NCBI GenBank assembly: GCA_038065475.1
Contig: JBBTQY010000010.1
Location: forward strand, 3,531 to 67,530
DNA: 64,000 nt
Source of the DNA: Patescibacteria group bacterium
Lineage (GTDB): Bacteria > Patescibacteriota > Minisyncoccia > Ryanbacterales > GWA2-47-10b
Reading direction: 5' to 3'
Below, one piece after another: positions 18,060-27,021 of this stretch. A program made the translations under genes and the position numbers. Positions within the stretch are counted from its first letter, which is position 1; the number at the start of each line of letters is the position of its first letter. The notes under the pieces were generated by a model. The model did no database searches. It was not told the origin of the DNA and saw only the letters and a list, made by a program, of their open reading frames with translations.

Positions 18060-20234
18060 TTACTCAAAGTGATAATCGCTTTGCATTTTTGATACAGCGT
18101 CGCGGAGCGTAGGGTGCAGAGCAAGCTCACGATCACGCTCGAGAAGCGCTCGCGCTTCTGTGCGTGCGGCCTCTACCATTTTAATGTTTTTGAGCGCTTC
18201 CATGCCGATGTCTGAAAGGCCCCACTGATTTTTGCCAGTAAGTTCGCCTGGACCTCGCAGCTCGAGATCACGCTCGGCAAGTTCAAAGCCATTTTTTGCG
18301 CTCTTGAGCGCGCGCAGGCGCGCGAGTGTTGTTTGTGCCGATGATTCAGAGATTGCGTAAAAATATGATTGATGCTGCCCGCGCCCGATGCGACCTCGCA
18401 ATTGATGGAGTTGCGCCAAACCAAAGCGATCGGCTCCCTCTACTATCATGATGGTGGCGTTGGGTACGTCGATACCCACTTCGACGACCGAGGTGGCGAC
18501 GAGTATTTGGATTTTGTTATCACGAAAATCTGCAAGCGTTTTTTCTTTATCGCGCGGCGTCATTTTACCGTGCAGCATAGCGCTTTTAAATTGCGGAAAT
18601 ATTTCTTTGCTCATGCGTTCATATTCTTTTTTGACTGATTTGCGTTCATCATCGCCCTCATCAATGCGTGAGCAGATGATGTAGGCCTGGCGCCCCGCCT
18701 CGAGCTCGGAGCGTGCAAAATCCCACGAGCGATCTTTGGGCTTGAGAAGTACCTCGGTGATGATAGGTGAGCGGCCGGGTGGGAGTTCGTCGAGCACTGA
18801 TAGATCAAGGTCACCAAAGACGGTGAGCGCGAGTGTGCGGGGGATGGGCGTTGCAGTCATTGAGAGAAAATGCGGGTTATACTCATGATCGCGTGATTTT
18901 GATTTGGCGAGCCGCATGCGCTGCCCCACGCCAAAGCGATGCTGTTCGTCGACGACGATAAATGCCAAATGCCGAAAGCGCACTTTCTCAGAGAGTAGTG
19001 CATGCGTGCCGATGAGGATTGTCACCTCGCCTGACTCGAGCCATTTGAATAATTGTGTTTTTGAGATGTGCGCGGGTTTACCACCAAACGCTTTTGATGG
19101 ATAGACGAGCGCCTCGCTTGATGTTAGCAATCCAATCTTGCGAAAGGGCGTACCAAGAAGTTTTGAGAATGTATCAAAGTGCTGACGCGCCAAGATTTCG
19201 GTAGGCGCCATGTAGGTTGCCTGAAACCCTGCGTTGGTCGCGAGGGCTGCGGCACCCGCCGCAATGACTGTTTTGCCCGAGCCCACGTCACCCTCGAGGA
19301 GCCGTGCCATGGGAGTTTTCTTGCTGATGTCGCTAGTTATCGCTTCAAATACTTTTCGCTGCGTTTTGGTAAATGAAAAGGGAAGTGAGGTAAAAAACGC
19401 ATCGAGCGCTTTTTGGTCGGGTGGAATAGGAAGCGAAGAAGTTTCTTCAAGACGCAGGCGCTCTTGCATGCGCGAGAGTTGAATAAAAAAAATCTCATCG
19501 AACGCGAGTCGCTTTCGCGCACCCTCGTTTTCTTTTTCAGACTTTGGCCAGTGTGCGGCGCGTATGGCGGTCTGCAGGTTCGGCAGATTGTAGCGCGCCA
19601 AAATATCTTCAGGGACGGGATCTGTGAACGCTTCACGAACAGCAATTTCTTCGGTCTTAACCCTAAAGGGCTCCGACGCCCTTAGAAATTCCTGTTCGTT
19701 TCGCTTGGAGAGAATTTCATAAGTTTTTAATATATAAAACTGAAGCCAGCGGCTCGATACGCCGCGCGTAGCAGGGTATACGGGTAGAAATGACCCCGTG
19801 ACAGATTCCGCTAAAAACAATTGCCCCACTTTTTCATAAAGTGGATTTGAGAAAAAAAGTGACCCTTTGCGTTCGCCAACCTTGCCCTCAAGGCGCACAA
19901 GGTCGTCTTTGGCGAGCTGTTTTGAGATGTATGGCTGATGAAACCACACGGCGGTAATCTCACCCGTGTGATCGGCGACTCGGGCCTCAGTGATGCGCAG
20001 GCGCTTTTGAAAAGTTTTCTTGGCCTCGAGCGAGATAATTTTGCCCTCGACCGCTACCGTATCGCCGCTTGCAATATCCTTGATAGCTTTAATCTTTGAG
20101 GTGCGCGTGTAGCGCGAGGGGAGATATCGCAACAGATCGCCTGCGGTCTGGATACCGAGGCGCCCGAGCGCGCGCTTTTGTATTTCGGTCAGTCGGAAGA
20201 GATCTGAGAGTGGCGTCTCAAGCGAATGCGACAT
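18060..20234 (-). CDS. recG: ATP-dependent DNA helicase RecG
   Basis: OB wedge, GDVGSGKT, MAPTEILARQH, DEQHRFG, SMTATPIPR, QLRGRIGR, DLELRGPGE. Confidence 0.97.
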   Translation of the reverse strand: MSHSLETPLSDLFRLTEIQKRALGRLGIQTAGDLLRYLPSRYTRTSKIKAIKDIASGDTVAVEGKIISLEAKKTFQKRLRITEARVADHTGEITAVWFHQPYISKQLAKDDLVRLEGKVGERKGSLFFSNPLYEKVGQLFLAESVTGSFLPVYPATRGVSSRWLQFYILKTYEILSKRNEQEFLRASEPFRVKTEEIAVREAFTDPVPEDILARYNLPNLQTAIRAAHWPKSEKENEGARKRLAFDEIFFIQLSRMQERLRLEETSSLPIPPDQKALDAFFTSLPFSFTKTQRKVFEAITSDISKKTPMARLLEGDVGSGKTVIAAGAAALATNAGFQATYMAPTEILARQHFDTFSKLLGTPFRKIGLLTSSEALVYPSKAFGGKPAHISKTQLFKWLESGEVTILIGTHALLSEKVRFRHLAFIVVDEQHRFGVGQRMRLAKSKSRDHEYNPHFLSMTATPIPRTLALTVFGDLDLSVLDELPPGRSPIITEVLLKPKDRSWDFARSELEAGRQAYIICSRIDEGDDERKSVKKEYERMSKEIFPQFKSAMLHGKMTPRDKEKTLADFRDNKIQILVATSVVEVGIDVPNATIMIVEGADRFGLAQLHQLRGRIGRGQHQSYFYAISESSAQTTLARLRALKSAKNGFELAERDLELRGPGELTGKNQWGLSDIGMEALKNIKMVEAARTEARALLERDRELALHPTLRDAVSKMQSDYHFE

Positions 20235-20258
20235 AATAGTTTATTGTATACTTTTTTG

Positions 20259-20330
20259 TGCCCTCGTGTGGAATCGAACCACAATTACAAGCTCCGCAAG
20301 CTTGCGTCCTATCCATTGAACGACAAGGGC
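20259..20330 (-). tRNA. tRNA-Arg(GCG)
   Basis: GCCCTTG/CGAGGGC-A acceptor, CAAGC-TTGCGGA-GCTTG anticodon arm, TGTGG-TTCGATT-CCACA. Confidence 0.92.
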
Positions 20331-20332
20331 TT

Positions 20333-20872
20333 TTAAAATTTTAACAATCGCGCCAAAACTTCAAGGAGCGATTCTTCTTGTACTACCTCCGGCATGAAAT
20401 CGAGCAAAAATTCACGCAATGCTACCGGGTCTTGATCACCGAGCGGGATTTTTATCATGGGTACCAACATCTGCTCCGAGCGAACTGAGAGCTCTTTGAC
20501 GTCGCCAGCACGATAGAAAATCCAAAATGATTGTAGCGTTTCATAAGGAAAAAGTCTATCACCCACACGTATGCCCGCGCCCGATATTTCAAATGTGACA
20601 ATGTCAGGCCGGCGTGCGCCATAGATCAGTACTGCTACCCCCCCGACCAATATGAGAAAAGCAAAGAGGATACTTTCCAGATAGTAGGAGCTTACGAGGA
20701 GTGCCGCCATGATAACGACTGCCGACCAGTACCAATCAGCCTGTTTTTCATAGTGGACATATTCAGGAGCCTGCCACTTGATAGATCGAACAGTTTGCGG
20801 GTGTTCGCGTACGGGCATGTGCGCGGGAGCGTGTTCGGGTTTTCTCTTTTTTACATCGCTGATTGATGCCAT
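20333..20872 (-). CDS. Hypothetical membrane protein (2 TM plus soluble domain)
   Basis: W.APEY..YEK..DWYW, two TM helices, FWIFY; TATACT 6 nt before ATG. Confidence 0.8.
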   Translation of the reverse strand: MASISDVKKRKPEHAPAHMPVREHPQTVRSIKWQAPEYVHYEKQADWYWSAVVIMAALLVSSYYLESILFAFLILVGGVAVLIYGARRPDIVTFEISGAGIRVGDRLFPYETLQSFWIFYRAGDVKELSVRSEQMLVPMIKIPLGDQDPVALREFLLDFMPEVVQEESLLEVLARLLKF

Positions 20873-20899
20873 ACCAAAAGTATATCATAGTAGTGCTAC

Positions 20900-21730
20900 A
20901 TGACTCACGCTGCATTTAGGAAAAAAGTGCTCACCTGGTATCGTGCCTATGGCCGGCATGATTTGCCGTGGAGGCATACGCGCGATCCGTATCGTATTTT
21001 GGTCTCAGAAATCATGTTGCAACAGACGCAGGTTGATCGTGTGCGTGAGAAGTACGGCGAGTTTTTGCGTGCTTTTCCCTCCATGCGCAAGCTGGCAAAG
21101 TCTACCCCCGCATCAGTAGTGCGCGTTTGGAAGGGGCTTGGGTATAACCGACGGGCGCTCAACTTGCGCCGTGCCGCACTTGCCATTACCCAACAGCACG
21201 CGGGTCATCTGCCGCAAGATATTGCCACCCTTGAATCATTGCCGGGTATTGGCCCGTATACTGCGCGTGCTGTGCGGGTATTTGTATGGAATAGGCGAGA
21301 GGTGGTGCTCGAGACCAATATTCGCCGCGTATATTTGCATTATTTTTTTCCTGGCAGGCGCTCGGTACGCGATAGCGAGATCGAGGAAATGATTGAGCGT
21401 ACCTTACCTGCAAGAAATGCACGCGAGTGGTACTGGGCGCTCATGGATTATGGTGCACGTGCGCTCAAAGGTATTGAAAACCCAAACCGCCGCAGTAGGC
21501 ACTATGCACGCCAATCGCGTTTTGAAGGTTCACAACGCTATGCCCGTGCAAAACTCTTGGACTTTATTTTGGCTCGCCGTACGAGCGCGCCGCTTCCGAT
21601 TATCAAGGCATATATGATGCAAGATCCATACCTTTCACAGTGGCGTGATCGTGTGCTTGAAATTTTGGCGATGCTTGCTGCCGATGGATTTATCGAGCGC
21701 ACCAAAAATGGATGGAGGGCTCAGCGTTAA
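20900..21730 (+). CDS. mutY: A/G-specific adenine glycosylase (HhH-GPD), without Fe-S cysteines
   Basis: RHDLPWR, VSEIMLQQTQV, WKGLGYNRRA, LPGIGPYTA, ETNIRRV. Confidence 0.85.
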   Translation: MTHAAFRKKVLTWYRAYGRHDLPWRHTRDPYRILVSEIMLQQTQVDRVREKYGEFLRAFPSMRKLAKSTPASVVRVWKGLGYNRRALNLRRAALAITQQHAGHLPQDIATLESLPGIGPYTARAVRVFVWNRREVVLETNIRRVYLHYFFPGRRSVRDSEIEEMIERTLPARNAREWYWALMDYGARALKGIENPNRRSRHYARQSRFEGSQRYARAKLLDFILARRTSAPLPIIKAYMMQDPYLSQWRDRVLEILAMLAADGFIERTKNGWRAQR

Positions 21731-21747
21731 GATGATAGACTGCACGT

Positions 21748-22401
21748 ATGTCTGACGATCCAGAGTACAATGAAAAATATATCGAGGCGAAAGAACGCCA
21801 GGCGGCTCAACATAAAACGACGGGCGAGCGTGACGCAGGTCACGCTGATCGCCTGCCACCCGGGCAAATACTCACGCAAGGTTTTCCTATTTTAGATCTC
21901 GGTATTCGCCCGCGGCGTGACCAGTATGCGAGCTGGAAGATTTTTGTGCGTGGCCTATGTGAAAATCCGCGAGAGTTTTCGCTCGAAGAGATAAAAAAAT
22001 TTGGCAAAGATGAACGCACGCTTGATTTTCATTGTGTCACGCGCTGGTCACGCTACGATCTTCCGTGGGGAGGCATGCTGTTTTCGCGTTTTTGCCAGCT
22101 GGTAAAACCAAAACCTACAGCGACTACCGTCATCTTTCATTCGTATGATAAGTACACGACCAACGTGCCACTTGCAGAAGCTTTAGGTAAAAATGTACTG
22201 ATCGCCTATGAGCTAGAGGGTAAAGAGATCCCACCCGAGCATGGGGGACCCGTGCGTATGATTGTGCCAACCCTGTACGGTTGGAAATCTGCAAAGTTTT
22301 TGACCGGTATAGAATTTTTAGATCACGACGAGCCCGGTTTTTGGGAAACGCGTGGATATCACAACCACGCCGACCCGTGGATAGAGGAGCGATACTCATA
22401 A
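21748..22401 (+). CDS. Sulfite oxidase-like molybdopterin-dependent oxidoreductase
   Basis: RLPPGQ, DFHCVTRWS, HGGPVRMIVP, YGWKSAK, GFWETRGYH. Confidence 0.9.
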   Translation: MSDDPEYNEKYIEAKERQAAQHKTTGERDAGHADRLPPGQILTQGFPILDLGIRPRRDQYASWKIFVRGLCENPREFSLEEIKKFGKDERTLDFHCVTRWSRYDLPWGGMLFSRFCQLVKPKPTATTVIFHSYDKYTTNVPLAEALGKNVLIAYELEGKEIPPEHGGPVRMIVPTLYGWKSAKFLTGIEFLDHDEPGFWETRGYHNHADPWIEERYS

Positions 22402-22410
22402 AAAGAAAAA

Positions 22411-22439
22411 GCGGCTTTCTCGCTGGGCGAGAAAGCCGT
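22411..22439 (-). terminator. Intrinsic terminator
   Basis: GCGGCTTTCTCGC-TGG-GCGAGAAAGCCGT preceded by an A-run. Confidence 0.75.
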
Positions 22440-22445
22440 GGGTGT

Positions 22446-23006
22446 CTAGATGGAGCGATCGCGTGGGTTGGGCCGCAGTTCAACCACGCCGGGTACGAGT
22501 CCGACCTTGGATTCTCCAGCGGTCACGTCGGCTTCTGCGGCCTTGTTGATTGCCTCGAGCTCCTCTGGCGTCATGGTCTTCTGCTTGCCCTGGAGATTGA
22601 GACGTGCCTGGCGCCCGTCAGGCCAGCGGAATGGCTGCGAGAGGCGACGACGCACTTCAGCCATAGGCACAGGATCGCGCGGCGGCGGCAGAGGTTTGAA
22701 GAAAATCATGATGACCTTGGTGGGCTCGACGATCTCGACCTCTTTCCACCGATCCGGATACTGGCGGTTGGGTTTGGTTTGCCCGTAGGTGTGTCGGAGC
22801 CCGAGTGACAGTACTTCGGTGCGCAGGTAGTGTTCACCAAAGATGATTTTGGCCTGTGCCTCGACGTGCTCGACGAGCTTTGCTTCTTGCGTCGGGGTCA
22901 GGCTGATGAGCGGGAAGAGCTCGAGCTCAGGTGGAACTTTCGCGTGAGCCGCACTCGCCATCATTGTCACCATGATCGCTACGAACATCCTCAACGGCGT
23001 TTTCAT
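22446..23006 (-). CDS. Secreted hypothetical protein
   Basis: Signal peptide ending AHA, SD GAGGAGG. Confidence 0.7.
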   Translation of the reverse strand: MKTPLRMFVAIMVTMMASAAHAKVPPELELFPLISLTPTQEAKLVEHVEAQAKIIFGEHYLRTEVLSLGLRHTYGQTKPNRQYPDRWKEVEIVEPTKVIMIFFKPLPPPRDPVPMAEVRRRLSQPFRWPDGRQARLNLQGKQKTMTPEELEAINKAAEADVTAGESKVGLVPGVVELRPNPRDRSI

Positions 23007-23051
23007 AGGCCCTCCTCAGGCGCATGGGTTTTGTGGCAAGGAGCCCGCAGG

Positions 23052-23510
23052 TTACGTTTGGCTGCTGGGACGGGTAGTGTCGGTACAGATCTGCACATAC
23101 CGTGGTGTGATCACCCAGATGTCCTTGTCGGGCGGTAGATTGTACGAACTCTTGTCGCTTTCTGCCGGGAGCCCGACGACGAACTTGCTCATGAACGCAT
23201 CGCGATTCTCGTCGAGAGAGAATGGCGTCGCGAGCTTTGTCGATACAAACAACACACCTCGCCAAGGTGTGTTTTTGGCAAACCGCATCTCGACGGTGAT
23301 CTGCCCGGAGGGGTTCTTGCCTCGGGTGATCTCGAGATTGGGGTCGAGAAAGGTCTCGCGACCTACCCCTTCGATGTACTCGAGAATCTTGGCTTGATCA
23401 GTCGCTGAGAGTGTCTCGATGTGGCGTTCTCGGCAATCGTTTCCGTGCGCCGTTCCTGCCAGAGTGACAGCTACCGCTAGTGCTAGGAGCGTTCCCCATA
23501 GCGTTTTCAT
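23052..23510 (-). CDS. Secreted hypothetical protein
   Basis: Signal peptide ending AHG, SD AAGGAGG. Confidence 0.7.
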   Translation of the reverse strand: MKTLWGTLLALAVAVTLAGTAHGNDCRERHIETLSATDQAKILEYIEGVGRETFLDPNLEITRGKNPSGQITVEMRFAKNTPWRGVLFVSTKLATPFSLDENRDAFMSKFVVGLPAESDKSSYNLPPDKDIWVITPRYVQICTDTTRPSSQT

Positions 23511-23601
23511 GCGTCCTCCTTTCGCTCAGGGGGTTCTGCGGCGAGCATAGCGCCCGAAAAGCTACAATGCAAGCGATTCTTTATATAAGAAAAAGAGCCC
23601 G

Positions 23602-23796
23602 TCAGCTCGGTTGCTGAGGGCTCCAAGTGCGCCGCAGGAGATGCCGGAAGGTTGCGGCGATGATGGTGACTGCGGCGAGGAAGCCGTGACCGACGGTCAG
23701 GTTGCCGCCGATGTGGTAGGGGAAGATACACTCGATGAGAGCGTAGATGCAGAACACCAGGATGAGCGCGCGGTGTCGTCCGATGAAATGCCGCAC
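23602..23796 (-). CDS. Small 2-TM membrane protein
   Basis: SD AAGGAGG, two hydrophobic segments. Confidence 0.55.
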   Translation of the reverse strand: MRHFIGRHRALILVFCIYALIECIFPYHIGGNLTVGHGFLAAVTIIAATFRHLLRRTWSPQQPS

Positions 23797-23900
23797 GTGT
23801 CCTCCTTGCCCGAAGGGCTTTGGTCTAGAAAGAAAGTACCATATGTTGGCTCTAATGCAAGCGGGTTGAATGAAGGCGAAAATATGGTAGAGTGCAAAGC

Positions 23901-24029
23901 ACGGAGGCGTGGGTCGAAAGCGTTTAAATAGCTTTCGACGGGCGAAGCCCAGGGTCGCGCGAGGGGCGCGACAGTGGAAACCACGAAGCCACGCTTCAAT
24001 AAATAAAATTTAAATACGGAGGCGTGGCT
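23901..24029 (+). repeat. Hairpin cluster bounded by a duplicated tRNA-Ser 5' end
   Basis: ACGGAGGCGTGG at 23901 and 24016; inverted copy AGCCACGCTTC at 23987; four small hairpins between. Confidence 0.85.
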
Positions 24030-24108
24030 GAGTGGCCGAAAGCACCTCACTGCTAATGAGGTAGGCGCCAAAAGCGCCTCGAAGGTTCGAATCCTTCCGC
24101 CTCCGCCA
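24018..24108 (+). tRNA. tRNA-Ser(GCU)
   Basis: GGAGGCG/CGCCTCC-G-CCA, CCTCA-CTGCTAA-TGAGG, long variable arm. Confidence 0.95.
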
Positions 24109-24204
24109 GCTAGGAAACGTGTTCAAGAAGATTTGTTAAAATAAGAGCGTCGTTATTAATCATTAGCGATAGGTAGTCAGCGTGTATTGTAATACAACAT
24201 ACCC

Positions 24205-24630
24205 ATGAAAGAGTCTGTAGAAATGAAGGAATTTCATCAACCCATAGAGACCGAGATCGAAGAAGGGTTATTAGAATTACGAAATGAAGAAGAGCGATAC
24301 CGCCAGTCTGTAAGTCAATTAGACGATCAGAAAAGACAACGAAAAGTACTAGATAAAATAGAACGGATATCAGAAGCAATCGCAGGTATAGAACGGAATG
24401 ATTTTTCGCTTGCGCTTGAAATATATGAAAGCGCATTCATAAAAACTCGAGAAGTTATTGAAAGAGAAGAAAGGGACTTAGAGGATAACTTCTATTCATT
24501 TCTTGAAGATAAAGAGGAACGCGAAAGAATTATATCAAATATAAAAGAGGTTGTAGTAAGCTTATCTTTAAAATTGAAGGACTTAGATAAATGTATCCGG
24601 TACATGAAAAGTAGGGCTACTCTGCATTAA
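24205..24630 (+). CDS. AT-rich acidic coiled-coil hypothetical protein
   Basis: 141 aa E/K/R-rich ORF directly downstream of tRNA-Ser. Confidence 0.6.
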   Translation: MKESVEMKEFHQPIETEIEEGLLELRNEEERYRQSVSQLDDQKRQRKVLDKIERISEAIAGIERNDFSLALEIYESAFIKTREVIEREERDLEDNFYSFLEDKEERERIISNIKEVVVSLSLKLKDLDKCIRYMKSRATLH

Positions 24631-24637
24631 AATTTTT

Positions 24638-25063
24638 ATGCGCCAAGAAATACTCGACTACCTAAAAACTCAAAAGATTGGCGTGTTAGCCGTGGAGATG
24701 CCTGATGGCTCGCCGCATGCAGCCACCGTGCATTTTGCGCACACCGAAGATCCGTTTGAATTTTTCTTTGAGACATATCGTGACTCACGTAAAGCTGAGG
24801 CACTTTTGGCAAAAGAAACCGTGCGCGCATCATTTGTAGTAGGTGTAGACGAAAAAAATATGAAAACTTTGCAGCTTGATGGTACCATTCGGGTTGCGAA
24901 GCCAGACGAAAAAGAAGTTTTTGATGCTATCTATCTTGCCAAGTTTCCATCCAAGAAAGAAAAATCAAACGATCCTATATTTATGTACTTCAAATTTACT
25001 CCTAGCTGGTGGCGTTTTACCGACTGGACTGCGCCCGAAGGGAAGCTCATTCTCACTTCATAA
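24638..25063 (+). CDS. Pyridoxamine 5'-phosphate oxidase-like (split-barrel FMN-binding) protein
   Basis: GVLAV..DGSPHAATVHF, F.T..SRK, TLQLDG. Confidence 0.8.
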   Translation: MRQEILDYLKTQKIGVLAVEMPDGSPHAATVHFAHTEDPFEFFFETYRDSRKAEALLAKETVRASFVVGVDEKNMKTLQLDGTIRVAKPDEKEVFDAIYLAKFPSKKEKSNDPIFMYFKFTPSWWRFTDWTAPEGKLILTS

Positions 25064-25093
25064 AAAAAGAGCCCCGCGCTTGTGCGCTAGGGC

Positions 25094-25312
25094 TCAGATC
25101 GCCACTGCAAGGATGGCTGTGAGGAGCGAATGGGAGCCACCCACGTCATAGGAAAATGGAATGAACTGGAACCGTGTGTCTGGATAGCGCCTTCTTACTT
25201 CTGCGAAGGTATCCGCGAAGTGACGAGCTGTTTTGGAGGAGAACATATCCGACGGCCTAAGAAGAAGCGTGAGGGGCTCCTTGTCACTCATTACTTTAAT
25301 GGAGTCAATCAC
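25094..25312 (-). CDS. Small hypothetical protein
   Basis: Upstream promoter at 25388-25416 and downstream hairpin with A-run. Confidence 0.5.
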   Translation of the reverse strand: MIDSIKVMSDKEPLTLLLRPSDMFSSKTARHFADTFAEVRRRYPDTRFQFIPFSYDVGGSHSLLTAILAVAI

Positions 25313-25387
25313 TTTTTCCCTATCCTTTCCCTCGAGCTTTCAGCGAACACGAATTCGCTGTTTGGTTGTGAAATTGTTTCGTTTAAA

Positions 25388-25416
25388 AATATACCATGAT
25401 ACTATTGGTGTGTCAA
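25388..25416 (-). promoter_or_regulatory. Sigma70-type promoter
   Basis: Minus strand TTGACA-17nt-TATATT. Confidence 0.7.
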
Positions 25417-25495
25417 TATATCTTTGGTGATGAGTATCCCTGGTTTTGTATAAAAAAGAAAAAAGACCCTTGAAGGGGGCCTTATGGTCGGCGAT

Positions 25496-26206
25496 TTACG
25501 AGCGAGGTACGCCCTTGCTCCAACCGGGAAGTGTGTTACCGACATCGATCACCACCTTGCCGGACTTTGCAATCTCCGGCCCTATGAGCTTGCCGGCCGG
25601 ACCAGCGCTAAACAGTACTAGCTGCTTGTCCGAATGTGCGGCGGCATCGATCGCAGCATCATTGTCACGCCAGCTTCGCTTCTCAAAGCCAGCAAAGTGT
25701 GACTGAGGAATCCCGTAGGTTTGTACGAAGTTTCTCGCCAGCTCTTCGGGGTCTTTATGCATGATCAGCACACCGTCGCTTGCTCGCAGCAGCATGTCTA
25801 GCATGTCCTTCGTCCAATCGTTGACGAAGAAGTTGTCGAGGTAAACTTCGCGTGGCTCGAAGTGATCATAGAGCCAGTAGTCTCTGCGAGAGATACCAGA
25901 TACGGATGGGGCGAAGTACGTGCACTCGTTGCCAGCTTTCAGGATGTTGGCTTTGATGTTTGCTACATCGAGACCATCAATGCCCAGGCGTGCGTTCCAC
26001 GCGGCATCCCGATCGTTGAAACGGGTAAAGGGTCTCCCATCTTCCGCCTCCAAAAGGGCTACCTCTCCGTCTCCCATACGTACGATCGAAAGGCTCGTAC
26101 GCTGTGTGATGGCGTCACTGACTAGCGCGAACGCCGCCCGCGAGCTCAAGGTTCGCCGGCAAAGATCGGCTTCTGTGGTGCTTAATTGTCTTATGGATAA
26201 GAACAT
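25496..26206 (-). CDS. GT-D fold glycosyltransferase-like protein
   Basis: SIVRMGDGE, LFSAGPAGK, VIDVGN match GT-D (DUF1792-like) motifs; SD GGGAGG before ATG 26206. Confidence 0.7.
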   Translation of the reverse strand: MFLSIRQLSTTEADLCRRTLSSRAAFALVSDAITQRTSLSIVRMGDGEVALLEAEDGRPFTRFNDRDAAWNARLGIDGLDVANIKANILKAGNECTYFAPSVSGISRRDYWLYDHFEPREVYLDNFFVNDWTKDMLDMLLRASDGVLIMHKDPEELARNFVQTYGIPQSHFAGFEKRSWRDNDAAIDAAAHSDKQLVLFSAGPAGKLIGPEIAKSGKVVIDVGNTLPGWSKGVPRS

Positions 26207-26278
26207 TTTTCCTCCCAAAACTTAGTGGTTCACTAATCTTTGTGGATGGTAGCATGAGTAGGCGCCGAGAGCTACTCG

Positions 26279-26953
26279 TCACCCATGCGCTAATACTGCC
26301 GCACTGATTCTGCGAGCGCCGCGGTGTTTGAGTAAACGAGCGGCCTCGGAAAGTGTGGCGCCGGTGGTGGCGACATCGTCGATGAGTAAAATAGCCTTGC
26401 CTTCTATATCTTGAGGTCTTCGTATCTCAAAAGCATCGCGAATGCTCTCAAACCGCGCTTTGCGCGAGTCGCTACGCGCTTGAGGAGGTGTTGCAACCGT
26501 ACGTACGAGCGCGCGATTTATGAGCGGCAAGCCGAGCTCGCGCGCTATCAGATATGACTGGTTGAACCCGCGTTCGCGCTCTTTTGATTTGTGTATTGGT
26601 ATCGGTAGCGCATGCCAGTCGTCTTGGGGCAACTGGGTGATAGTTTGCTCTAAATGCTTGGCGAGCGCGGGGGCCGCGCCCCGGAGTCCCTTATATTTGT
26701 AGTCGCCAATGACTTTATGCGTCTTTTCATGACTGTATCGCCATGGCCAAACTATTGCCTCGAGCGCATAGCGCTTGGCGCACTGTGCACAGACGTGTGT
26801 TTTTGGTGCACGTGCTTCGCAGAAAAAGCAATTTTGCGCGTAGGCGCGGATATCTGCTACGCATGTATCACAAATCCACACGCCTTTTGCTCCGCACCCG
26901 CCGCAACGGGGAGGGAAGAGTATTTGCATCGTTGTGTGGATAACATTGCGCAC
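26279..26953 (-). CDS. comF: Competence protein ComF (zinc ribbon plus PRTase)
   Basis: LFPPRCGGC...C..C, RGFNQS, LLIDDVATTGATL. Confidence 0.93.
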   Translation of the reverse strand: MRNVIHTTMQILFPPRCGGCGAKGVWICDTCVADIRAYAQNCFFCEARAPKTHVCAQCAKRYALEAIVWPWRYSHEKTHKVIGDYKYKGLRGAAPALAKHLEQTITQLPQDDWHALPIPIHKSKERERGFNQSYLIARELGLPLINRALVRTVATPPQARSDSRKARFESIRDAFEIRRPQDIEGKAILLIDDVATTGATLSEAARLLKHRGARRISAAVLAHG

Positions 26954-27021
26954 AGAATCGCCTTATTTTTATGATATGATTTGCCTATGCCAATACTTCG
27001 GCGCGGTCTTTGGTTTCATAC

